A stretch of DNA of 64,000 nt from Steroidobacteraceae bacterium. Lineage in GTDB: Bacteria > Pseudomonadota > Gammaproteobacteria > Steroidobacterales > Steroidobacteraceae. The DNA is taken from contig DATNFA010000119.1 of assembly GCA_035606615.1 (NCBI GenBank), positions 800 through 64,799 of the forward strand, in the 5' to 3' direction. The notes below the pieces were generated by a model, which did not search any database, was not told the DNA's origin, and was given only the letters and a program-made list of their open reading frames with translations. Shown piece after piece: positions 10,722 through 22,261 of the stretch (its first letter is position 1; every line of letters starts with the position of its first letter). A program made the translations under genes and the position numbers.

Positions 10722-11324
10722 TTACGGGCGCATCTCCTGCTCGACGCGCGACAGGCTGTGGCGAAAGGCCGGCCGCGAGAACACCAGGTTTGCATATTTG
10801 CTGATGACCTGCGCCTGCGGCGGCAGGTCGATTTCCCAAACGGTCAGGCGCCACAGGATCGGCGCGATCGAAGCGTCCACCAGCGAGAACTCGTCCGACA
10901 GGAAATACGGCTTCGCTTTGAACACGTCGGTGCTGGCGAGAATGCTGTCGCGCAGGATCTTGCGCGCGCGTTGCCCCTGTTTGCGATCGGCGACGTCGTC
11001 GATCTGCTGCGCCAGGCTGTACCAGTCGCGCTCGATGCGATAGAGCGCCAGCCGGAACTGCGCGCGAGCGACCGGATCGACCGGCATCAGCGGCGGATGC
11101 GGGAAGCGCTCGTCGAGGTACTCGATGATGACGCGCGAGTCGTACAGCACGAGGTCGCGATCGACCAGCGTCGGCACGGTGTGGTACGGGTTCAGATCGA
11201 GCAGGTCTTCCGGCAGATTGCCGCCCTGCACGTCGATCGTCTCGACATGAATGCTCTTCTCCGCCAGGACGATGCGCGTGCGGTGGCTCCACGGATCGTC
11301 GGCCCTGGAGAAAAGGGTCATCAC
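10722..11324 (-). CDS. sspA: Stringent starvation protein A (GST-like)
   Basis: MTLFS, LNPYHTVPTLVDRDLVLYDSRVIIEYLDERFPHPPLMPVDP. Confidence 0.93.
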   Translation of the reverse strand: MMTLFSRADDPWSHRTRIVLAEKSIHVETIDVQGGNLPEDLLDLNPYHTVPTLVDRDLVLYDSRVIIEYLDERFPHPPLMPVDPVARAQFRLALYRIERDWYSLAQQIDDVADRKQGQRARKILRDSILASTDVFKAKPYFLSDEFSLVDASIAPILWRLTVWEIDLPPQAQVISKYANLVFSRPAFRHSLSRVEQEMRP

Positions 11325-11358
11325 GGCAGTGCGTTGCTGGCAGACGTGCGCTCGGGCG

Positions 11359-12138
11359 TCACTTCACGTCTTTCCAGTACTCCTTTTTGAGGAAATAGGC
11401 GAAGAGGAAAAAGACCAGAAGGAAGGTCAGTACTCGCAATCCAATGCTACGCCGTTCCAACTGCATAGGTTCCCCGATGTAGTCGAGGAAGTTCACAGTA
11501 TCGCGCACGAACTCGTCGAACTCTTTCGCCGAGTCGCTGCCCGGCCGGATCGAACGGAACTCCTTGAAGCGCTTGTGGACCGTGTTATGTTGCGCGTCGC
11601 TCTCGCCGTCGTAGACGGCTTCCTTCAGCCCCTCGCGCTCCCACAGAACGTGGGGCATTGCCGTACCCGGCAGCACCATGTTGTTCACCCCGGTCGGCCG
11701 ACTCGGGTCGACGTAGAACGACTTGAGGAACGAGTAAATGTAGTCGGGACCGCGGCTGCGTGCGATCAGCGTCAGGTCGGGCGGCGTCGTGCCGAACCAG
11801 CGCGCCGCATCCTCCGGGCGCATGCTCGTGCGCATCGTGTCGTGGATGCGCTCACCGGTGAACATGAGATTCTCGATGACCTGCTGCTCCGACAAGCCCA
11901 GGTCGGCGCCCAGCCGGCTGTAGCGCACGTAGCGCGCCGAGTGACAGCCCATGCAGTAGTTGACGAAGTTGCGCGCGCCGCGCTGGAGCGAAGCGCGATT
12001 GGTGATGTCGTTGTGCGCCGGCTTGATCACACCACCGGGCGCTTCCGAGGCGACTGCCGCGCCGGCCACCAGCGCACTCAGCGCCAACACCATCTGCCAT
12101 CCGCTGTGCGCCATCCGCTTCTTCTTATCAGTGCGCAT
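11359..12138 (-). CDS. petC: Cytochrome c1 of the bc1 complex
   Basis: CMGCH haem motif, PPDLTLIARSRG, C-terminal TM anchor and KEYWKDVK. Start could be 12114. Confidence 0.95.
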   Translation of the reverse strand: MRTDKKKRMAHSGWQMVLALSALVAGAAVASEAPGGVIKPAHNDITNRASLQRGARNFVNYCMGCHSARYVRYSRLGADLGLSEQQVIENLMFTGERIHDTMRTSMRPEDAARWFGTTPPDLTLIARSRGPDYIYSFLKSFYVDPSRPTGVNNMVLPGTAMPHVLWEREGLKEAVYDGESDAQHNTVHKRFKEFRSIRPGSDSAKEFDEFVRDTVNFLDYIGEPMQLERRSIGLRVLTFLLVFFLFAYFLKKEYWKDVK

Positions 12139-13393
12139 GATAGGTCACTCGCTCCGGCACCGGCTTCGTCTGGTCGGCCTTCGTGTACCAAGGCATCAGG
12201 ATGAAGAACGCGAAATACACCACCGAAAAGACGCGCGCGGCGTTGGTGTAGGTCGGCGTCGCCGGTTTCAGGCCCAGATAGCCGAGCGCCAGGAAGCTGA
12301 TCGCGAACGCGAACAGGAAGCCGCGGTACAGCCAGCCGCGATAGCGGATCGATTTCACGCGCGAGCGGTCGAGCCACGGCACGAAGAAGAATGCGAGTAC
12401 CGCGGTACCCATCAACACCACGCCGAACAGCTTGCTCGGCACGGCGCGCAGGATCGCGTAGAACGGCGTGAAGTACCACACCGGCGCGATGTGCTCCGGC
12501 GTCCGCAGCGGATCGGCCGGCTCGAAGTTCGCATGCTCGAGGAAGTAGCCGCCCATCGTCGGGGCGAAGAACATCACGGCGGCGAAGATCGCAAAGAACA
12601 CGACGACCGCGACGGTATCGTGCACCGTGTAATACGGGTGGAAGGGAATACCGTCGACAGGATGACCGTCCGGTCCCTTCACCTTCTTGATCTCGACGCC
12701 GTCCGGATTGTTCGAGCCGACTTCGTGCAGCGCCAGGATGTGCGCGATGACCAGGAAGATCAGCGCTATCGGCAGCGCCACGACGTGCAGCGCGAAGAAC
12801 CGGTTCAGCGTGATGTCGGAGATGTAGTAATCGCCGCGGATCCATTCGACCAGCGATTCGCCGATGCCGGGAATCGCGCCGAACAGCGACACGATCACCT
12901 GCGCGCCCCAGTACGACATGTTGCCCCACGGCAGCAGGTAGCCGAAGAACGCTTCCGCCATCAGGCACAGGTAGATCAGCATGCCGAAGATCCACACCAG
13001 CTCGCGCGGATTCTTGAACGAGCCGTACATCAGGCCGCGGAACATGTGCAGGTAGACGACGATGAAGAACGCCGACGCGCCGGTCGAGTGCATGTAGCGG
13101 ATCAGCCAGCCCCACTCCACGTCGCGCATGATGTATTCGACCGACGCGAATGCGTCCGCGGCCGAGGGCTTGTAGCTCATCGTCAGGAAAATGCCGGTGA
13201 CGATCTGCAGCACCAGCACCACCAGCGACAGTGCGCCGAAGTAGTACCAGAAGTTGAAGTTCTTCGGCGCGTAGTACTCGCTCGCGTGCTCCTTCCACAT
13301 GCGCGTCATGGGGAAGCGCGCGTCGATCCAGTCCACCAGCGCTCCGAGTCGCGAGCGCTCGCCCGACTGCGGGCTAGGCACAGTGGCGCTCAT
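12128..13393 (-). CDS. petB: Cytochrome b of the bc1 complex
   Basis: RYMHSTGAS, HMFRG, PWGNMSYWGA, RFFALH, PEHIAPVWYF. Confidence 0.97.
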   Translation of the reverse strand: MSATVPSPQSGERSRLGALVDWIDARFPMTRMWKEHASEYYAPKNFNFWYYFGALSLVVLVLQIVTGIFLTMSYKPSAADAFASVEYIMRDVEWGWLIRYMHSTGASAFFIVVYLHMFRGLMYGSFKNPRELVWIFGMLIYLCLMAEAFFGYLLPWGNMSYWGAQVIVSLFGAIPGIGESLVEWIRGDYYISDITLNRFFALHVVALPIALIFLVIAHILALHEVGSNNPDGVEIKKVKGPDGHPVDGIPFHPYYTVHDTVAVVVFFAIFAAVMFFAPTMGGYFLEHANFEPADPLRTPEHIAPVWYFTPFYAILRAVPSKLFGVVLMGTAVLAFFFVPWLDRSRVKSIRYRGWLYRGFLFAFAISFLALGYLGLKPATPTYTNAARVFSVVYFAFFILMPWYTKADQTKPVPERVTYHAH

Positions 13394-14007
13394 CAGCTGA
13401 CCTCCGAATCGACACCAATCTGCACCAGGCCTTCATTCATGAAGCGGTACGGCGGCACCTTCAGATTGAGCGGTGCCGGCACGTCCTTGAACACGCGGCC
13501 CGAGAGATCGAACTTCGAGCCGTGACAGGGGCAATAGAAGCCGCCCGGCCAGTCGGCGCCGAGCTCCGGATCCGCGGGCTGAAAGCGGTTCATCGGCGCA
13601 CAACCGAGGTGCGTGCAGACGCCGATCAGCACCAGCCACTCGGGATTGAGCGCGCGCGCACTGTTCTTCGCGTACGCCGGCTGCTCGGATTCTTTCGACT
13701 CGGGGTCTTTCAGCCGCGCGGTCAGCTCGGGGCTGTCCAGCTTGGCGCGCATTTCCGCCGAACGGTGCACGATGTAGATCGCCATGCCGCGCCACATCAC
13801 CTTGATCATCGCGCCCGGGTCGATCTTGCTGATGTCAGCCTCGACCGGAGCACCCAGCGCCTGGGCCCGCGCGCTCGGTTTCCACGACGCCAGGAACGGT
13901 ATTGCTGTCATCGCGGCGCCCGCGACGCCAGTGACAGTCGTAGCGACCACCAGAAAGTGCCGCCGGCCGCTGTCGACCCCACCATCCGCTCGATCCGCTT
14001 CGCTCAT
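13393..14007 (-). CDS. petA: Rieske iron-sulfur subunit of the bc1 complex
   Basis: Tat-like RRHFL, CTHLGC and CPCHGS. Confidence 0.97.
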   Translation of the reverse strand: MSEADRADGGVDSGRRHFLVVATTVTGVAGAAMTAIPFLASWKPSARAQALGAPVEADISKIDPGAMIKVMWRGMAIYIVHRSAEMRAKLDSPELTARLKDPESKESEQPAYAKNSARALNPEWLVLIGVCTHLGCAPMNRFQPADPELGADWPGGFYCPCHGSKFDLSGRVFKDVPAPLNLKVPPYRFMNEGLVQIGVDSEVS

Positions 14008-14101
14008 TCACGACCTCCGCGAGTAGCCGCCGGCGCCCCGCGCTAACGCGCTGTCGAAGTTCGCGGCAGACGCGTAGTTTCAAACCCTCAAGGAATTCCG
14101 C

Positions 14102-14107
14102 ATTATA
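14102..14107 (-). promoter_or_regulatory. Candidate sigma70 -10 box (TATAAT) for petABC
   Basis: Perfect TATAAT on the minus strand about 95 nt upstream of the petA ATG, in an AT-richer patch. No convincing -35. Confidence 0.45.
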
Positions 14108-14141
14108 CACACTTCAATCGCCGCACCCCGCCGCGCGTACC

Positions 14142-15299
14142 GTGCCCACACTGCGCCAGACCGCTGCCTTTCTGCTCCGCTGGACCATCGTCGGTCTGGC
14201 GTGCGCCGGCGTCGTCCTGCTGATCCGTCCCGGCCTGATTGCCAACACCATGACAGCGGCGTCGAGCAGCGGCGCCGCACCGCCAGGCGATTCCGTTGAG
14301 CCGCGGCGCTCGTTCGCCGACGCCGTGGGCCGTGCCGGCCCGGCGGTGGTAAACATTTATACGGCGCGAGTCGTCGACGCATCCGCCGCACGTCCGTCCG
14401 GGGCCAATCCACTGCTGCGGCAGCATCTGCCGGCCGTACGCCAGCGCGTCGAGGGCAGCCTCGGCTCCGGCGTAATCGTAGACGAGGCCGGTCACATCGT
14501 TACCAACTACCACGTCGTTCAGGGGGCGGATGAAATCCGCGTGCAGCTGGCCGATGGACGCATCGCCACGCCGGCGATCGTGGGCATGGATCCCGATACC
14601 GACCTGGCCGTGCTGCGCGTGCCGCTGAAAGATCCGCCGGTCATGCCGATGGGGCGCTCGGACGAGCTGCGCGCGGGCGATGTCGTGCTGGCGATCGGCA
14701 ATCCGTTCGGGCTCAGCCAGACGGTGACCCAGGGCATCGTCAGCGCCACCGGCCGTGGCCGGCTCGGCGTCACGGATTTCGAAGATTTCATTCAAACCGA
14801 CGCGGCCATCAATTTCGGCAATTCCGGCGGCGCGCTCATCAACACGCAGGGCGAGCTGATCGGCATCAATACAGCCGTGCTCGCGCAGAATCTCGGTACC
14901 GACGGGATCAGCTTCGCGATCCCCGTGAACATGGTGCGCGGCGTGATGGATCAGATCATCGCGCACGGGCGCGTGCGTCGCGGTTGGCTGGGCGTGACCA
15001 CGCAGGAAGTGCCGCGAGCGCAGGCAGCAGCGCTGAGTATCGATCCGCCTGTGGCATTGCGCATCAGCGAGGTGGTGCCGCAGGGACCGGCTGCTCTGGT
15101 CGGGTTACAACGCGACGATCTGGTGACACATTTCAACGGCCAGCCGATCGTCAACGCCCAGGAAGCGCTCAACCGGGTCGCGGCGATGGCGCCGGGCTCG
15201 CTGCTGAACATTCAAGCTCGCCGCGGCGCGCAGCGGTTGACGTTCAAGGCGACATTGGAAGAGCGCCCGCCAAGAGGCGACCGCCAAGCCGGCGGCTAG
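14142..15299 (+). CDS. HtrA/DegS-family serine protease with one PDZ domain
   Basis: N-terminal TM helix, TNYHV / DTDLAVL / GNSGG triad, RGWLGV PDZ entry. DegS/AlgW-like. Confidence 0.92.
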   Translation: MPTLRQTAAFLLRWTIVGLACAGVVLLIRPGLIANTMTAASSSGAAPPGDSVEPRRSFADAVGRAGPAVVNIYTARVVDASAARPSGANPLLRQHLPAVRQRVEGSLGSGVIVDEAGHIVTNYHVVQGADEIRVQLADGRIATPAIVGMDPDTDLAVLRVPLKDPPVMPMGRSDELRAGDVVLAIGNPFGLSQTVTQGIVSATGRGRLGVTDFEDFIQTDAAINFGNSGGALINTQGELIGINTAVLAQNLGTDGISFAIPVNMVRGVMDQIIAHGRVRRGWLGVTTQEVPRAQAAALSIDPPVALRISEVVPQGPAALVGLQRDDLVTHFNGQPIVNAQEALNRVAAMAPGSLLNIQARRGAQRLTFKATLEERPPRGDRQAGG

Positions 15300-15300
15300 G

Positions 15301-16792
<1,492 letters not shown>

Positions 16793-16848
16793 GTGGCAGC
16801 TCGACGGAAGGGGCCGCGATTTTAGCTCAACGCGCTATCATTCGCGGC

Positions 16849-17850
16849 ATGCAGTCCCGTCCCCGGTCCGCCGCCGCGCTCGATCCCGACCAGCTGCTCG
16901 CGCGCGGGCGACGCGTCCTGCAGATCGAGGTCGCCGCCGTCACGGCACTGCAGGACCGGCTCGGCACCGCTTTCATCGAGGCCTGTCGCCTCCTCCACGG
17001 CTGCACCGGCCGAGTCGTCGTGACCGGTATGGGCAAGTCGGGACACGTCGGCAACAAGATCGCCGCGACGCTCGCGAGCACGGGCACGCCCGCTTTTTTC
17101 CTCCATCCGGCCGAGGCCAGCCACGGCGACATCGGCATGCTGACGCCGGACGACGTGGTGATCGCCATCTCCAACTCCGGCGAAACCGCCGAGCTGCTGA
17201 CCATCCTGCCCGTCATCAAACGTCTCGGCATCCCGCTGATCGCGATGACAGGCCGTCCGCAATCGACGCTCGGCAAGGCTGCCGCAGCCATCCTGGACGT
17301 CGGCGTCGCCGAGGAGGCTTGCCCGCACAACCTGGCGCCGACCGCCAGCACCACGGCGACGCTGGCAATGGGCGATGCCCTCGCGGTCGCGGTGCTCGAA
17401 GCACGCGGTTTCAGCGAGCACGACTTCGCGCGCTCGCATCCGGGCGGCAGCCTCGGCCGTCGTCTGTTGCTGCACGTGGAAGACGTGATGCGGACCGGCG
17501 ATCAGGTGCCGCTGGTCGGTCCCGATGCCTCGCTGCGCGACGGGTTGCTGGAAATCAGCCGCAAGGGTCTCGGCATGACCGCGATCGTCGATACGGAGCG
17601 CCATGTGCTCGGCATCTACACGGACGGCGACCTGCGGCGCGCGCTCGATCAGCCGGGCGACTTCCGTACGCGACGCATGGGCGAGCTGATGACGCCCAAG
17701 CCGAAGACGATCGCGCCGCGACGCCTCGCAGCAGAGGCCGTGCACCTGATGGAGACCCACAAGATCACCCAACTGCTGGTCGTCGACGACCACAACGTCC
17801 TGGTGGGCGCGCTCAACGTTCATGATCTGTTCCGCGCCGGCGTGATGTGA
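16849..17850 (+). CDS. kdsD: Arabinose-5-phosphate isomerase (SIS + CBS)
   Basis: GMGKSGHV, STGTPAFFLHPAEASHGD, CPHNLAPT, HPGGSLG, CBS pair. Start trimmed to ATG 16849. Confidence 0.95.
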   Translation: MQSRPRSAAALDPDQLLARGRRVLQIEVAAVTALQDRLGTAFIEACRLLHGCTGRVVVTGMGKSGHVGNKIAATLASTGTPAFFLHPAEASHGDIGMLTPDDVVIAISNSGETAELLTILPVIKRLGIPLIAMTGRPQSTLGKAAAAILDVGVAEEACPHNLAPTASTTATLAMGDALAVAVLEARGFSEHDFARSHPGGSLGRRLLLHVEDVMRTGDQVPLVGPDASLRDGLLEISRKGLGMTAIVDTERHVLGIYTDGDLRRALDQPGDFRTRRMGELMTPKPKTIAPRRLAAEAVHLMETHKITQLLVVDDHNVLVGALNVHDLFRAGVM

Positions 17851-18353
17851 TGGATACCCTGGTCGAGCGCGCCAACGACGTCCGACTGCTGGTGCTCGAC
17901 GTGGACGGCGTGCTGACCGACGGACGCTTGTATTTCTCACCGCGCGGCGAGGAGTTGAAATGTTTTCACGTGCGCGACGGTGCCGGCATCGTTCAGGTGC
18001 TGCGCGCCGGACTGCAGGTTGCCGTGATCTCCGGCCGGCAGTCGCGTGCGGTCGAGCGTCGCATGAGCGAGCTCGGCGTGACCTGGATTCGTCAGGGCGT
18101 TCAGGACAAGCTGGCAGCGCTGCGCGAGCTGCTGGACATCCTGGCGCTCGGCCCGCAAGCAGTGGCCAGCATGGGAGACGACGTCGCCGACCTGCCGATC
18201 TTCGAGATCGCGCGCCTGGCGATCGCGGTCGCCGATGCGCATCCGAGTGTCAAGTCGCACGCCCATTTCATCACTCAGGCGCATGGCGGCACCGGCGCGG
18301 TGCGCGAAGTCTGCGACCTCATTCTCGAAGCCCAGCGGCGCAGCCAGCCATGA
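17850..18353 (+). CDS. kdsC: KDO-8-phosphate phosphatase (HAD)
   Basis: LVLDVDGVLTDG, FHVRDGAGI, GDDVAD, GAVREVCD. Confidence 0.93.
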   Translation: MDTLVERANDVRLLVLDVDGVLTDGRLYFSPRGEELKCFHVRDGAGIVQVLRAGLQVAVISGRQSRAVERRMSELGVTWIRQGVQDKLAALRELLDILALGPQAVASMGDDVADLPIFEIARLAIAVADAHPSVKSHAHFITQAHGGTGAVREVCDLILEAQRRSQP

Positions 18354-18360
18354 GGACGCG

Positions 18361-18927
18361 ATGAACTGGCGCTGGATCTCGCTCGCCGCCCTGCTCGGCG
18401 CGCTCGTCATCGGCTACGGCGCGCTGGTCGAGCGCAACCCGGCGCCGGCGGCGAGCGACGGGCAAGCCGAACAGCCCGGCTATTACCTGAAGGACGCCGT
18501 CATCACTCAGACTCAGCAGAACGGCTCGGTCGGCCTGCGGCTGATCGCAGATCGCATCGAGCAGCGACACGACAACGACAGCATCAGCCTGGACACGGTC
18601 CGCGTGAATTATTTTCAGTCGAGCCCCGGCGAGTCGGCGCAGCGCGAGTGGCTGCTGAGCGCGCGCCAAGGTTTGGTGCCCGCGAATTCACGCGTCGTAC
18701 AATTTTCCGGCGATGTAGTCCTGCGGCCGGCGGATGCGCAGCCGACGGCGTTTCTGCGCGCCGACGCGCTCGCGATCGACACGCAGACCAACATCGCTTA
18801 CAGCACCGCATCGCCGGTCCACGTGCGCTTCGGCGGGCACTCGATGGTGGTCAAAAGTTTTCGTGCGGATCTCAGTAACGAGAAGGTCCGGCTGGAGTCG
18901 GTGAATGGCCGCTTCGATCCGCAATAG
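18361..18927 (+). CDS. lptC: LPS export ABC transporter periplasmic protein LptC
   Basis: N-terminal TM helix plus beta-jellyroll-like sequence, in the kdsC-lptC-lptA-lptB order. Confidence 0.85.
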   Translation: MNWRWISLAALLGALVIGYGALVERNPAPAASDGQAEQPGYYLKDAVITQTQQNGSVGLRLIADRIEQRHDNDSISLDTVRVNYFQSSPGESAQREWLLSARQGLVPANSRVVQFSGDVVLRPADAQPTAFLRADALAIDTQTNIAYSTASPVHVRFGGHSMVVKSFRADLSNEKVRLESVNGRFDPQ

Positions 18928-19579
18928 CCTGGCGGGCACTATCGCTTCGCTGCTGCTCGCCGCGCTCAGGGCGACTGCGGGCGCCGCCGAACTGGTACAC
19001 CCAAACCCAAACGATGAGTTCAACTGGGACGCGAAGGTCGTCACGTCCGACTTCCGCACCGACACCCTGGAGATTTCCGGCGACGTGCGCGTGACCCAGG
19101 GGCCCATGTCGATCGAAGCCGGCGCAGCCAAGGCGAATGGCGTTCGCTCGCAGAACAGCCGCTGGACCTTCGAGACCGCTGTGCACATCGTCACCAGCGA
19201 AGCGGAACTGCAGTCGAATACCGCGAGCGCCGCAGTCGTCGGCGGACAGTTGGCGAGCGCGCGTGCGGAGGGCTCGCCGGCGCAATTCGCGCAGCGCGGC
19301 GGCCGCGCCGACGCCCAGGTGCGCGGTCGCGCGGGCGTGATCGAGTACGACATCACCGCCGGCATCGTGAAGCTGACCGACAACGTCTGGTTCAGCAACG
19401 GCAAGGATGAATTTCGCGGCGATGTCGTGATCTACAACGTGCGCGACGAGCGCGTCCAGATCAATCCGGGCGGCCAGGGACGCGTGCGAGGAATCATCCG
19501 GCCGCGCCAAGGCACCGCAGCGACCGCACCGGCGCCCGCTCCACCGCAGCCACCGCCGCAGCCCGAGAGCGGCGCATGA
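18905..19579 (+). CDS. lptA: LPS transport periplasmic protein LptA
   Basis: Signal peptide, [21 protein letters not shown]...RVRGIIRP; synteny. Confidence 0.85.
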   Translation: MAASIRNSLAGTIASLLLAALRATAGAAELVHPNPNDEFNWDAKVVTSDFRTDTLEISGDVRVTQGPMSIEAGAAKANGVRSQNSRWTFETAVHIVTSEAELQSNTASAAVVGGQLASARAEGSPAQFAQRGGRADAQVRGRAGVIEYDITAGIVKLTDNVWFSNGKDEFRGDVVIYNVRDERVQINPGGQGRVRGIIRPRQGTAATAPAPAPPQPPPQPESGA

Positions 19580-20301
19580 GTCTCCTCCGCGTCGAGGGGC
19601 TCGCCAAAAAGTATCGCTCGCGCCAGGTCGTCAAGGACCTGTCGCTGGAAGTCGCGCGCGGCGAGGTCGTCGGGCTGCTCGGTCCGAACGGCGCCGGCAA
19701 GACGACCGCGTTCTACATGATCGTCGGACTGGTGCCGACCGACGCCGGCCGCATCATCATCGACGACCAGGACGTTTCGCGGCTGCCGGTGCATCGGCGC
19801 GCACGCCTCGGCCTGGGCTATCTGCCGCAGGAACCTTCCGTGTTCCGCAAACTGAGCGTGCGAGACAACATCTACGCAATCCTCGAAACGCGGCCCGAGC
19901 TCGATGCGCAACGGCGCGAAGCGATGCTGGAGTCGCTCCTCGACGAGCTGCACATCGGACATATTCGCGACAGCGTCGGCCAAAGCCTGTCGGGCGGCGA
20001 ACGAAGGCGCGTGGAGATCGCGCGGGCGCTTGCCGCAGAGCCGCAATTCATGCTGCTGGACGAGCCGTTCGCCGGCGTAGACCCGATCTCCGTGCTCGAC
20101 ATCCAGCGGATCATCCGCCACCTGAGCGCACGCAATATCGGAGTTTTGATCACCGACCATAACGTGCGAGAAACGTTGGGAATTTGCGCGCGCGCTTACA
20201 TCGTGAGCGGCGGTTCGGTGATTGCGGCCGGAACTGCGGAAGAGATCCTTGCAAACCGGCAGGTCCGTGAGGTGTACTTGGGCCAGGATTTCAAGCTCTA
20301 G
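19576..20301 (+). CDS. lptB: LPS export ABC transporter ATP-binding protein
   Basis: [45 protein letters not shown]. Confidence 0.97.
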   Translation: MSLLRVEGLAKKYRSRQVVKDLSLEVARGEVVGLLGPNGAGKTTAFYMIVGLVPTDAGRIIIDDQDVSRLPVHRRARLGLGYLPQEPSVFRKLSVRDNIYAILETRPELDAQRREAMLESLLDELHIGHIRDSVGQSLSGGERRRVEIARALAAEPQFMLLDEPFAGVDPISVLDIQRIIRHLSARNIGVLITDHNVRETLGICARAYIVSGGSVIAAGTAEEILANRQVREVYLGQDFKL

Positions 20302-20374
20302 TTCTTCGAAAGATATTTTGGGAGCGCGTGGCGCGAGTCGCCGCGCCCTTCAAGCTCCCGAAGTTGCGAGACGA

Positions 20375-21844
20375 ATGCTCAAGCCAGCCCTGCAGCTCAA
20401 ACTTGGCCAGCAGCTCACGATGACCCCGCAGCTGCAACAGGCCATCCGCCTGCTGCAGCTGCCGGTCCTCGAACTCCAGGCACAGATCCGCGAGGCGCTC
20501 GAGAGCAACGTGATGCTCGAGTCCGAGGATGAGGCCGCGAGCCTGGAAACCGCCGAGCTCGAAGCCCCGCAATTCGAAGCCGCCACGCCGACCGCGCAAA
20601 CCGCCGAGGCTCCCGCCAGCAGCGACAGCGAGCGCACCGAGCGCGAATCCGATCTCGATCTCGCCGAAGAGCAGGACTGGAGCGACACGCCGGTCACCGG
20701 CCCGTCGGAAGCACCTTGGTCGGGCGAGGACCACTCGCAGGATTTTTCCGCCGCCGGCGGCGAAACGCTGCAGGAGCATCTGACCTGGCAGCTGGAGATG
20801 TCGCGCCTGTCGGAGCGCGACATGCGCGTGGGCGCCGCAATCATCGATGCCATCAACGACGACGGCTACGTCATTGAATCGCTCGATGAGATCGCGCGCA
20901 ATTTGCAACCGGAGATCGTCGCAACGACCGCCGAGGTCGAGCGCGTGCTGGCGCACGTGCAGGCGATGGATCCTGCAGGTGTAGGCGCGCGTTCGGTCAG
21001 TGAATGCATCGAGTTGCAGTTGCGGCAATTGGACCCGCAGACCCCGGGACGGGATACGGCGCTGCTCATTGCCGCCAGCTTTCTCGACCAGGTCGCCGAT
21101 CAGCAGTACGCATTGCTGCGGCGGCAGTTGCGAGTCACCGAAGAAGAAATGGAGCACGCGCTGGTCCTGGTGCGCGCCTGCCAGCCGCGGCCCGGCTCCA
21201 GCGTTCACTCGGTGCCCGCCGAGTACATCGTGCCGGACGTGTTCGTCCGCCGCACCGAGCGCGGCTGGGCCGTCGACATCAATCCCGCGAGCCTGCCGCG
21301 CATTCGCGTCAACCAGAGCTATGCCGGGCTGATCGGCCGCTCGGCCGACCACGCGATGCTGCGCACGCAGCTGCAGGAAGCGCGCTGGCTGATCCGCAGC
21401 CTGGAAATCCGCAACGAGACGCTGCTGAAAGTCGCGCGCTGCATCGTGCAGCGGCAGTCGGCATTCCTCGAGCACGGCGACGAGTACATGCAGCCGATGA
21501 TTCTCAAGGACGTCGCGGAGGCCGTGCAGATGCACGAGTCGACGATCTCGCGCGTCACGACCAACAAGTACATGCACACGCATCGCGGCGTGTTCGAGTT
21601 CCGCTACTTTTTTTCCAGCCACGTGGCAGCCAGCGACGGCACCGAGATGTCGTCCACGGCGATCCGCGCCAAGATCCGCAAGCTGGTGTCGGCCGAAGAG
21701 CCCGACAAACCGCTGTCGGACAGCCGGATCGCCGAGATTCTGTCGCGCGAGGGCGTGCTGGTCGCACGCCGCACAGTCGCCAAATACCGCGAGGCGCTCG
21801 GCATTCCGCCGTCGAGCGAGCGCAAAAAGGTTCCAGTCAGGTAG
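20375..21844 (+). CDS. rpoN: RNA polymerase sigma-54 factor
   Basis: MLKPALQLKLGQQLTMTPQLQQAI, HESTISR, RpoN box ARRTVAKYRE. Start trimmed to ATG 20375. Confidence 0.97.
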   Translation: MLKPALQLKLGQQLTMTPQLQQAIRLLQLPVLELQAQIREALESNVMLESEDEAASLETAELEAPQFEAATPTAQTAEAPASSDSERTERESDLDLAEEQDWSDTPVTGPSEAPWSGEDHSQDFSAAGGETLQEHLTWQLEMSRLSERDMRVGAAIIDAINDDGYVIESLDEIARNLQPEIVATTAEVERVLAHVQAMDPAGVGARSVSECIELQLRQLDPQTPGRDTALLIAASFLDQVADQQYALLRRQLRVTEEEMEHALVLVRACQPRPGSSVHSVPAEYIVPDVFVRRTERGWAVDINPASLPRIRVNQSYAGLIGRSADHAMLRTQLQEARWLIRSLEIRNETLLKVARCIVQRQSAFLEHGDEYMQPMILKDVAEAVQMHESTISRVTTNKYMHTHRGVFEFRYFFSSHVAASDGTEMSSTAIRAKIRKLVSAEEPDKPLSDSRIAEILSREGVLVARRTVAKYREALGIPPSSERKKVPVR

Positions 21845-21866
21845 GTACAGCGCGAAGGAGGCTTCC

Positions 21867-22187
21867 ATGCAACTGAACGTCACCGGCCACCACGTCGATG
21901 TCACTTCGTCCCTCAAGGGATACGTCGAGAAGAAGCTCGACCGCATCGTCAGGCACTCGGACCACGTGATAGACGTTCATTGCATCCTTACCGTCGAGAA
22001 GCTGCGCCACAAAGCCGAAGCCACCGTCCTGCTCCGCGGCGGCACCGTTTACGCGGATGCGGTCGAGCAGGACATGTACGCCGCCATCGACACGCTGGCC
22101 GACAAGCTCGACCGGCGCGTCAAGAAGCACAAGGAAAAGCTCTCCGATCACCACGCCATCGAGGCGCAGAAGACCCGCCCGAGTTGA
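21867..22187 (+). CDS. hpf: Ribosome hibernation promoting factor (short HPF)
   Basis: MQLNVTGHHVDVT, DMYAAIDTLADKLDRRVKKHKEK. Confidence 0.93.
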   Translation: MQLNVTGHHVDVTSSLKGYVEKKLDRIVRHSDHVIDVHCILTVEKLRHKAEATVLLRGGTVYADAVEQDMYAAIDTLADKLDRRVKKHKEKLSDHHAIEAQKTRPS

Positions 22188-22261
22188 CCTAAGCCGTTCG
22201 ACTCAACCCGCTTCTGTCGTACCCGCGGTACGCTGCCGCGGGAATCGGCTATGCTCATTGC

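Noticed and set aside
20320-20359. Bulged hairpin upstream of rpoN
   Set aside because: GC-rich pairing of this length is expected by chance at this GC content; there is no U-tract and no conservation evidence.
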